Below are positions 53,380 through 64,000 of a DNA stretch of 64,000 nucleotides, one piece after another (the stretch's first letter is position 1; each line of letters opens with the position of its first letter). Origin of the DNA: Eledone cirrhosa (lineage: Eukaryota); the NCBI GenBank assembly GCA_964016885.1, contig OZ024746.1, positions 89,466,001 through 89,530,000 of the forward strand. The letters run 5' to 3'. The translations under genes were made by a program, and so were the position numbers. Under the pieces are notes generated by a model. The model made no database searches and had not been told where the DNA came from. It saw only the letters and a program-made list of their open reading frames with translations.

Positions 53380-55418
53380 GAGCGGATATTCGATGAACAT
53401 GCGCCTTATTACAACCAGGCCCTCAAGCGGAGTGGTTTCCGGGAAGAAATATCCTACTGTCCAGCTCCCATTAGCGGAACCAGCAGGAGACACCGCCGCT
53501 CACGCAATGTAACATGGTTCAATCCTCCGCACAACGCAGAGGTGACAACTCCCATCGGGAAACTATTCTTTAGGCTCATTGAAAAAAAATTTCCCACTAC
53601 AACACAGCTACCACAACATAATTAACAAAAATACCATCAAACTCTCTTACAGCACTACACCAAACTTCGCACAAAACATCGTCTCCTCTAACAACAAAAA
53701 ACTCAACCCCGATGGCAGAAATAACCTAAATAGCAGTGGAGAACCGACCAGGAGGTGTAACTGTCCGGATAGATCCATTTGCCCACTCGACAATAGATGC
53801 AGAGACCGTAATGTGATCTACCAGTGCAAGGTGAGGACGGATACCTCCAACAAAGCCTATATAGGACTTACCGCATGTGACTTCAAGACCCGGCTATACC
53901 AACATAGACATACCTTCCGAAACCCGGCCCGGCATCACGCCACTACACTTTCGGGCCACATATGGGACCTCAAGGACAACAACATCACCTATGATCTCAC
54001 TTGGAGATTACTGTCCAGAGCCAATTCTTACACGGGAGGACGCCGTCCGTGCAATTTATGCTCGGAGGAAACTTTACAAATGCTGTTTTCGATGGACCAA
54101 CTCCTAAACAAGAAAGATGAACTGGTTACTGCATGTAAACATAGATTGCGTAGGACTTACCTCGCCTTCAAACCCCATAATGACCCGGGGGGGGGGGGGG
54201 GGGGGGTAGACTAGGGCTATAACCCCCCACTTGCCGATTTTGCAATGGGTAACCCCTGCTTGCCAAGGGAGACGTAAGATCTTCTTTTTATTCTTTTATC
54301 GCTTCCTTTATTTCCTTCCCCACATCCCTCATTAGTCCTTCTACCCCAGCTCTTCTTCTTTGTCGGCGTCTTTTCTCACCCACCCGAGGCTGCCCTTTGG
54401 CCCCTTGTAGCCTTAGTACCCCCACCCCTCCCCTAGTCTATGATAGATTTGGCGGACTCCGCTTTTAATAGCAGTTGGTTTAGACCCCGGATACTTGCCC
54501 CCTTTTTTCGACCACTCCCACTATTTTCTGTGCCTTCTATATTTCTTAGTGGCACTATGCCTTATTTTCTCGTTTCAGTATTTCTTTCTTCGCTTTTCTT
54601 TTGGGCGGGGTGGATTCTGAATTTATTTTTCCGTATTCTACCTTTACTTCGTACGAACTTTCATGTAGCTTGTTTAAGGTCTTTTAGAGTTAGCATTAGT
54701 ATATATTTTTTTCGGGACTCAGAATTATTATCTCGTACTAGTTTACTTTGCACTGGGTGGTTGCTGGCATTGTGCCCGGGATAGAAACCTTTATTATTTA
54801 TTTCGTGGTAGTCTCTTTAGTATTTTGGCCCCATTTGTTGACCTGTCACCGTATGATTTACGTACTTATACCTCTTAAAAGGGTCCTTGCCTATTCCGTC
54901 CCACCTAGTTCATTTACTTATTTCGTTATTCCTTTATTTCTTTCTTTACTTCTTTCTTTCTTTATTTATTTATTTATCTAGCCTAACAATAGCTAGAGAC
55001 TTAGGTCGTAGAACTTGCTTTACTTTTTTCTTTACACTTATTCGCTTTTCTTCACTCTCAGTATTTTTTCTTTCATATATATTTTTACCCCTCATTGTTC
55101 TACCTACCGTTCCGACTTCCTCCCCCTCCCCCTCCCCAGTATCTTCTTTGACCTCATGCCCAGCTGTAGCTGGCACTACCAACGCTTGATTGGGTCTACT
55201 CCACCCCCTCCCCTCTTTCTCCTACTGGCAGGTTTAGCCACCATCTCCCCTACTAATTTGCAATCACAGAATTACTACTGACTTTTGACAATCACTCTGA
55301 CCATATATGGAATTACCCCTTGAGAAGATCGGCTATATAAATACCAGGATAAAATTTCATTTAGTCCAGAATTAGCCGTCGAAACGGCTTGAGCTCAGCC
55401 GTCGGGGTCTTACTGGTT

Positions 55419-55420
<2 letters not shown>
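53378..55420 (+). mobile_element. 5'-truncated, relatively young PLE (RT thumb end, GIY-YIG, 3' UTR, HHR)
   Basis: NERIFDEHAPYYNQALKRSGF...WFNPP / IKLSYSTTPN...CNC..CPLDNRC..VIYQC..AYIGLT..FKTRLYQH..CNLCSEE. One frameshift near 53585. (TA)n on both sides. Confidence 0.93.
55315..55408 (+). ncRNA. Type I hammerhead, U3-A8 core variant
   Basis: ACCCC-UUGAGAA-GAUCGGCUA...UAGCCGUC-GAAAC-GGCU..AGCC-GUC-GGGGU. Confidence 0.72.
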
Positions 55421-55494
<74 letters not shown>

Positions 55495-55501
55495 CATATA
55501 G

Positions 55502-55543
<42 letters not shown>

Positions 55544-55655
55544 CTATATATATATATATAGCTAGCTAGTTAGATATATGTGCACGTGCGGCGTTCCACA
55601 TTTCTTTCCCAACGTTCAGGTTAACCGAATGCAAGAGTATATAAATGCGAAGTAC

Positions 55656-56073
55656 CTTTCTTATTAGTATGGATTTTTTTTTATTGAATAATTCAGGAGA
55701 AAGCCACATACAATAGATAAATAAATTCTGATTTTCCAACAGATTTTTAGGACAATCTCCACGAGCTATTGTAACATCAGTCTCAGGACCTTCTCGTAAA
55801 CCTTCTTCTGTGAAACATTTATTCGAACAATAGCTGGTTTTGTAAATGTGATTGCAAAACAGGTTACCATTTGTTTTATTATTTCTCTCCAATATATTGT
55901 CTCTAATGTCAGTGAAACTGAATAATCCATGATGTGGTAATAAAAATTCAGCTGCGTCGCTGTAACTAGCATCACCACAGACACCATTACTCATTTACTG
56001 ACACAGTGGTGGACGTATATAGATTTATTCCACGTACAATTTTAATAGTGGAAAAGGTAAATTATACTAGTAT
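55656..56073 (-). pseudogene. Cys-containing exon-like ORF of an unidentified protein
   Basis: Non-repetitive 113-codon open stretch MSNGVCGDASY...KSILIRK ends at AAG|gtact. The upstream part needs a frameshift and contains a stop. No family recognised. Confidence 0.35.
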
Positions 56074-56799
56074 CTGAATACAGACTTCACTAAAAGAAGC
56101 CAACACAGAAAATATTAGCACACGTCGAGATGTAAGCTCGTGACACCGGAATAAGATGTTTCATGCTGCGTATGAAATATTTAACTTCATTCATTAACAC
56201 TCTTAATGACCTTAGAAAATCCGCACGTTTCGTATTTCAAGACATCGAATGTTCAAAACTTCTACTCAGAAGAACATAATATATTTACTTTAAAGACTAT
56301 TGGACAACAACATTCTATATATTGTACATATGAGAGGTGAGATCACTAATTAAATTTTGTGGTTGAAACAATTTGGATGTTATTAAAGTAAAAAAAAAAA
56401 CAAGAGCAAAATAAAAAAAAAACCCAAACTAAACTTCAGCTAAACTATAATATATAAAGTGTCCGTTTCTATTTACTTTCTGTTTCAAAACAATATATCA
56501 GATACAGCAAAGACAGATATTGACATTAAATATAATGTTGATGGTGCTGTTTATCTACAGTTCAGATCTGGTGAACACGATGCCTAATTAACGATATTTC
56601 ACGCTCACTCTTCAAACATTTTAAGGCAGATTGTATCTCAAAATTGATTTACATCTCTGTTATCCCTTTTATATCGACAGCTTGCATTTTGAGTATATTT
56701 GTCTACTATTTCTATGACCTGCACCATTCACCTACAGGCTGTCCCATTCACTATTAATTCACAAAGCGGTAGCTGTGTACACAAAAGCGTGTAAGTAGA

Positions 56800-57032
56800 T
56801 GTCATTGGCTCTAGAACTGCCACCCTACATACCACCGTCGACAGGGAGTTGGCTACCCTCATATGTGAGTCTTCGAGCTAGAATGGCTCTTCCAATGCGT
56901 CTCCCTCACCATCATCCGAGGAAACGACTTCTCTATTCTGCCCGCCAGAGCAGTGGAGCGGCCACCGAGTGGGCCCTCATTTGCTTAGAATAGTGAGAAA
57001 TGGTGAGAGTGAGAGAGACGGGGGTAGTGACA
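56800..57032. mobile_element. Candidate solo LTR
   Basis: GC-richer 233-bp block bounded by TGTCA...TGACA, with a diverged relative at 14461; no TSD seen. Confidence 0.4.
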
Positions 57033-57670
57033 ATGGGAACTTTGATTCCATTATATTCAGACCTAATATATATGTATATTTTACAACAATAACAACACAT
57101 ACATCACCGGTTGAAATTGTAGTTGACGGCATAGTAATTCATTGAACATTTAAAACCACTTTGAAGATGAAAGAAGCATTAAAATGAATATGAGCCTCGT
57201 TATTTAAACCTGAAAAGAAACAATGCTATAAGACCAAAAACAGAGCGCACAGAAACTATTATAACACATATACAATTGACCTTTATAGACGTCTATGGTT
57301 CTACGTGTCGAAATTGCTTTCATGTATTAAAATAATAATTTTTCTTTATATAAAAATAATTGGATATATGCATTACTGATAAAGCTTTTAATTTGGTGAG
57401 ATTTCATTTTTCATTATTAATTATAATTCCATATATTGACGTCATACAGTATATATATCTGTAAATATAACAATACTTAAAGAAGATAGTAATATCAAAA
57501 TACGGAGATTAATCACACGCTCGTACCACACACAGAGTCATATATACATATATATATGTATACACAACTATTTATATGTATATATGAATTCAAGCAAACA
57601 AGAAACGTACAAAGAAGAGGATACAAGTTAAAGAGTATTAGTTTGACGCTTGGAGGAAAAAAAATGGGCT

Positions 57671-57890
<220 letters not shown>

Positions 57891-58379
57891 ACAATAAATA
57901 ACAGCTAAAATGTGAGGGAATTTTAGTTACAAAAATTTCGCTTACATTAACTAAAATCATTGCTGCACGGCGCAGGTGCTTCGATTACGACATAGGGTTT
58001 CAAATCATGTTACTGGATAAACTATTGTAACTACACACACATACAAAGACACACAAACAGATATACATACATGTATATATATATATATATATTATATGTA
58101 TATGTCGTTGAATAAACGATCATATATTTGATGTACGATACCGTGCGGCCTCATTGATAGATGAATTAGGAATGTCTCTCCTTGTCTACGCCATTTCCTT
58201 AGTACGTAGACAGATGGACAGAAAGTTATATTCGTTTAATTATGAAATTTTAGAAACAGGTTAATTATTTTAAATTCATATCGTGCCTTTAATAGCAGCA
58301 ACTCGAGCATAAATTCGATATTGCCTGTCTCACCTAAACAACAATTTTTATTACACCAAATTGTACAACAATTTTTAGT

Positions 58380-58800
58380 ACACCAAACTCGGTAACTTCA
58401 GTTCGGTATTTTTGCCAACTTATCCCTGTGGCAATGGATCTCCGAAAGAATATGATCCCGAATACAATCTGCTACAATTGGGTTCGTACGAAGGGTATTC
58501 GGTGTAACGTTACTGGATAAAGTGTGTAGCTCGGAGATCAGAGAGTCTCTCCAGGTAGAGCTGTTACCTCTCCAAATTAAGAGATCAAAGATCCAAGAAT
58601 ACGAACATGTGGTTAGAAAGTCTCAGGAAAATCACTGGAAACATTTTACGATCAAAATGTTATACAGCAATTTTGCACAGAGTGGACCCTGTACAAGATA
58701 GTTGGATGAGATCGATGAAATCTGCTCGTCTCGATCAATTTGAGGCGGTTGCTTCTGATAGAATCCGATGGTAATAGTGATTGAACAATATGCATCCTCA
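58380..58800 (+). mobile_element. Degenerate RTE-clade LINE 3' fragment
   Basis: SRIQSATIGFVRRVFGVTLLDKVCSSEIRESLQVELLPLQIKRS..YEHVVR. Confidence 0.8.
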
Positions 58801-59399
58801 ACAAGTCTCTTGAGTTCAATTTCTAATAAATGATTACAACTAAGAGGACTTGGATTTTATTGAATATTATAATTGACTTCATAAGTTTACATTTGTAGAA
58901 GTAGAAACATGATTTTGAAAATGATGGATCCAACGTTGGCAAAATATATTAATTATCATTACGTTGGGTTATTTGACCATGGTGGAAAATTGATATTGAC
59001 ACAGTGTTTCCGACATGGACGATATATTGCGAGTGAATTTACTAATGTAAATTGGTATAAATAGTTCTAATATGTGAGTTTTCTCATAATGGTTTATACT
59101 ATGATATACTATAATATAATATAACTATGATAATGTTCTGCAACACTACGAGGGTTGTGTTACGACTAACGTTTGGAACAAAATCGAAGGTGAAATCAAA
59201 GAATTTACTAAAATGGAGAAAATAACCAAATGTTCGTCTTTTAATACCATTTCTAATTAAACGATACAGAAAAAAATAAAAACCTTCGAGTGTTGACACA
59301 CTATTCAAATATGGAAATAAATTGAAGGCATAATCGAAATATTTAATAACATGTAACAGTGCTATGACGATGATATATACCAGAGGTGAATTAAAAACA

Positions 59400-59530
59400 A
59401 TAGCATAGTTACGTCCCTTTACGGTCTGATTTCAAATCCCGTGGAGGTTAACGTTGCCTTTCATCCTTACGATAAACTAAAGTAATAGTAATGTACTGGG
59501 TAATTGCTGGCCATATGCCAAAAGTAGAAA
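59400..59530 (+). mobile_element. SINE family 1, partial
   Basis: ttcaaatcccgtggaggttaacgttgcctttcatcc...aattgctggcc. Confidence 0.85.
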
Positions 59531-60785
59531 AAAATTTCTAATGTTGGATATTACAGCTCCTGCAATTGTAAAATAAATAATATAATAAAATTAAATATTA
59601 TAACATAAAAGGCATGGGAACATGGATACATGATACACATCTCGATTACTTACTTACATGTGCCATTGTCCTATGTTTCCCCCTTTATCGGTATGTTGCC
59701 TTCTTTCCTTTCTTTTCATGTTTTCTCTCTATTTCTTTCGTTCTCTCTCTTCGCTATCGCTTCTTTTCCTCATAGATTTTTGATAGATAAAAAGCTCTGG
59801 GTGCGCTACGGATAGATGTACTGTCTATAATGCGCTGACGCATCTGTGACCCGTAGTAGACAACTGATGAAGGGAAAATGTCCATCTCTTGTTTGTGTCG
59901 CTTTATTTTCTAACACTTTAACGTTCAATCATCTGGCAGGAAGGTATACGGTGCTGACGATAGCTAATAAGCTTGAAACTAGTACATTGTTCTTTTGTCA
60001 GGGTTGCACAAAAGGGCAACGATGGTTGCTAAACACTGTACGGCTTAATTCGGGATGGTTGTTTACAAACAAACCGAGCATTATAATAAATGTTCTGTAA
60101 ATCCATACGTACATATATATATATATATGTGTGCATGTATGTATATATATATATATACTACTGTACGTCTGTATACATATATGTATGTACGTATACATAC
60201 TTTTAGTACAGCATTAACGAAGCTATAGTTTGCGGCCAAGCTACCGAATGCAAATTCGGTATGTAGCTTTAGCACTCGAATGGGAATAGTACCCCAGAGT
60301 AATAGCAATACGTTCAGACAGCTTAGCAAATCAAATATAGCGATCGGCAGTCCAGCCGCATTACCACAGCAACAACAACACAGGACTCAGGAAAATATTT
60401 TAGACTGACCTGGACAGAACGCTGGGACCAAATGCAATATATAATGCATATCGTATAGCACACGATATGCATCACATACAGCTCACAACATCAGCGCTAG
60501 GTTTCTGCAAATCCAAGATCGACAAATACCGCTTGCAGGGGTCTGCAAGTTAATTGGTTTTGGCGACAGAACAAAGGATTTACTTCTTCAGCAAGTATTG
60601 TGTTCTTTAGCCTCTGCGGGTTATGTTCTAGCAGTGAATTTCGCTATAGACAAGTGGTTTTCTCCAAGGGAGGTAACCTCCGCTTTGGCTGTGATTTCAA
60701 ATTTGAGACAAAGGAATGAAATTCCTTTAGACAAACCGAATTAAGCAGTCAACCAGAAGTTATCAAACAAACATAAACAATTAAT

Positions 60786-60831
<46 letters not shown>

Positions 60832-60832
<1 letters not shown>

Positions 60833-61047
60833 GTAGAATACTGGAAGGTAATATCCGTAGTGAAAGAGCACGCAGTCCATGGGACGAGTTTGTTAGAAGT
60901 AGTAACACAACAGTTAGTTCACCATACCGAGAACAATTGTTTCACCTTATGCGGATCTTCAGCTCGCAGTCCAGCTAGAGCTGAACATCCGCATTAGGTG
61001 AAACAAATGTTCTCGATATGGTGAACTAACTGGTGTATTACTACTTC

Positions 61048-61050
<3 letters not shown>
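60832..61050 (-). mobile_element. Fold-back element, family B, copy 2
   Basis: Same tail and arms as 42093-42311; arms 60894-60965 and 60978-61049 with a 12-nt loop; in (TA)n. Confidence 0.9.
60928..60966 (-). ncRNA. Minimal type I hammerhead ribozyme motif
   Basis: CGAG-CUGAAGA-UCCGCAUAAGGU-GAAAC-AAUU-GUU-CUCG. Confidence 0.72.
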
Positions 61051-61112
<62 letters not shown>

Positions 61113-61849
61113 TGTCGGAACTGCGCAAGATTATCTCAATAGCCGATTACCATGTATATATATTTTCTTTTAATAACTCTAAGAAACGTTTTTCGTTTTG
61201 CTTTGTTTCCGTTCGTCTCTTGTCCATGTTATATATACATACATACATATATATATATATATACATATATATTTATATATATATATAAATATATATATAT
61301 AAACAAGCAAATTATAAACGTAAACATGTAAGTATGTTTTTGAAACGGGGCGCGAGTTTGAAATTAGAAATTAGAAATTATAAGCTTTCACCGTATTTTA
61401 GACTAAAGAAATTTCTAGCCTGATAGTGGGGTTTATAACCCTCGGAAAAATGGAAAAAGATGAGTGTTGCCGTACATGTGTATGTATATATATATATGTA
61501 CATTTATATACACGTCTACATATATATGCATACATACACATCATATATATATATACATATATATGTGTGTGTGTGTGTATGCGTGTGGCACTTATATATA
61601 TATACATTTATAATCATTCATAGGTACATACAAGCAAACATACAAAAATATATAAATATATATATATGCATATATATATATAAGTGAACAGTTGCAACAT
61701 ATATGTATCTTTGATTTAATTTTATGTATATGATAACCTTTATATATATATATATAGTAGGAATACGTAGTTTGATTTAACTACTCATATGATATATATG
61801 TATACACACACATACAAACATACATATATAGTCAGTCGATCGACTTTCG

Positions 61850-62050
61850 TCAAATCGGACCGAGGAAACTATGTTTCCATGAGTCTTTCCAGTTGCTAGT
61901 ACTATCTATCAGTCGCAACTCCAGATAGAAAGAGCAACGTGAAATAAAATGTCTTGCTCAAGGACATAACGCATCGCGCGGTCCAGGATTCGAACACGCA
62001 ACCTCAAGATTGCGAATCCAATTCTCTAACCACTCAGCCAGGCGACTTCA
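61850..62050 (-). mobile_element. SINE family 2
   Basis: gagcaacgtgaaataaaatgtcttgctcaaggacataacgc...ggattcgaac...ctaaccactcagcca. Confidence 0.85.
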
Positions 62051-62078
62051 CATACATATATAAATATACATATATATG

Positions 62079-62154
<76 letters not shown>

Positions 62155-62159
62155 TATAT

Positions 62160-62246
<87 letters not shown>

Positions 62247-63079
62247 GATATATAGATATATATATATTAATATATGTATGTATGTATGTGTGTGTGTGTA
62301 TGCATATATATTATATGATTAGTTAAATCAAACTACCTATTCCTACTATTGATCTCACATTGACATGGCTGCAAAGGCGACTCCAAATATATGTACTTCA
62401 CCTCAATTGCAACCTGTACATCTACTTAGCAAATTAGAGTATTGTAGCTTTATCTATATTTATATGTATTTATCAATAGATATATAAATGCTCATATATA
62501 TTCTCTTCATATTATATGCCTAAATATATTAACTTTATACTTTTCTGCATTACTTAGTGTCTTACCAATTATTGAAATGTGCCACCCACTAGGCATCTCA
62601 GATGTTGCAATAAGTCAATTTGCGCTTGTTCACTTATTTTGATTAATCTATCATTTCCATTCAAATGTATGTTTTCATCTCAAACCTATATACTCCTAAC
62701 AGAGTTTGGCAATGATATTCACATTTAGTTACAGACCTACTTGACACCGTTCATTGCTGCTTTGTTTAACATATATAATAAGCAATGACTCCAGCTGGTG
62801 AGACGATACTGACACAGAATACAGAGAAATGATGAAATTACATTCTGTAATGTCTCATTTCTAGAGGTTAGACTAATATATTTGTTTCAGCGTAACACTA
62901 ATTGTAGTACCAATTTAACAAAATACAATATATTACAGATGTATGATTGCATTCATAACTGCGTGTGAGTTACAATACTAATATACAAGTTATATATTAG
63001 TTATATTATAACATTTATCAAGTAGATTCTTACTCATCACCTCACTAGCTATATTCAGTCCCATTTTATAAAAAAATAA

Positions 63080-63915
63080 TGATTTCTACTCTAGGCACAA
63101 AGCCAGCAATTTGAAAGGGAGAGGAAAGTCTATTAAATCGACTCCAGTACATTACTGGCGCTTTAATTCATCGAGTCCGTAAGGATAAAATGCAAAGCTT
63201 AGCTAGGCGGAATAATTAGAAGTGTGATGGATACCATCTAGAAGAGCAATAAGCAAATCTTATCATCTTAAACTCCGAGATAAAGCCTGATGGTCAGAAG
63301 AAAAAAAACCGGCCATTGATGTCAACACAGAGCAATGATTAAGATAACATTTAACAATACTAATAAATACTAAAAAATAATTGTTTCTACGTTTGGCACA
63401 AGGCCAGCAATTACGCAGTGCATTACTGGTACTTTATTTTATCGACCCCGTAAGGATGAAAGGCAAAGTTAACCTCGGCGGGATTTGAACTCAGAATGGT
63501 AAGGGCCGTAACTCTATACGTCAAAGCATAGCGTCCGACTCTCTACCGATACTACCAGTCCACCACCCTACAATACTAATAAATAATTGTTTCTACATTT
63601 GGCACAAGGCCAGCAATTACCCAGTGCATTACTGGTACTTTATTTTATCGACCCCGTAAGGATGAAAGGCGAAGTTAACCTCGGCGGGATTTGAACTCAG
63701 AATGGCAAGGGCCGTAACTGTAATAATAATAATAATAATGGTTTCTAATTTAGGCACAAGGGCCACAATTTTTGGGGAGGGGAAAGTCCATTAAATCGAC
63801 CAGAGTAGATCACTGGTACTTTATTTTATCGACCCTGTAATGATGAATAACAAAGCTAACCGCGACGAGATTTGAACGCAGAATGTAAAGGGTCGTGGCA
63901 CTATGTCGCAAAGCA
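63080..63915 (-). mobile_element. Cluster of four SINE family 1 copies (63080-63212 long, 63378-63568 short, 63585-63720 short, 63739-63915 long)
   Basis: Each begins tttcta..ggcacaa(a/g)g..ca and contains actgg..cttta.tt.atcga. Confidence 0.92.
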
Positions 63916-64000
63916 GTTTTCATTTGAATCTAAATCAACTCTAATTAACTTGAAGAATGACTAAAAACCTTCAAACCATGACCATCTCGTACATTTTAGA

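Noticed and set aside
53579-54214. Stand-alone GIY-YIG homing endonuclease gene
   Set aside because: It is continuous with an upstream PLE RT thumb via a frameshift and followed by a PLE 3' UTR/HHR.
59860-59885. CTGATGA as a hammerhead or snoRNA box (also 40585)
   Set aside because: No matching GAAA-stem III and stem I arrangement found.
60300-60760. GC-richer block as a LINE fragment (also 41735-41845)
   Set aside because: No recognisable motif; cannot be classified without a search.

Overview
AT-rich, microsatellite-dense eukaryotic DNA. The dominant SINE resembles octopus/cephalopod tRNA-derived SINEs as I recall them, so the source is probably Octopus (inference). No intact protein-coding gene is supported, and nearly all listed ORFs are translations of (TA)n/(CA)n/(CT)n repeats. 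The window holds decayed mobile DNA: Tx1/L1-clade, R4/Dong-like, CRE-like and RTE LINE remnants, two mariner relics, a deleted Helitron, about 20 SINE copies, and many Penelope-like element (PLE) pieces with GIY-YIG domains and hammerhead ribozymes (HHRs). The most striking structure is a set of about 9 short (160-330 bp) fold-back elements from several sequence families. They sit in (TA)n and share one architecture: unique tail + arm + inverted arm. One family (42093-42311 and 60832-61050) carries a minimal hammerhead on each strand. A few minus-strand exon-like segments may be a pseudogene (low confidence). All alignments were done by eye, so boundaries are approximate.
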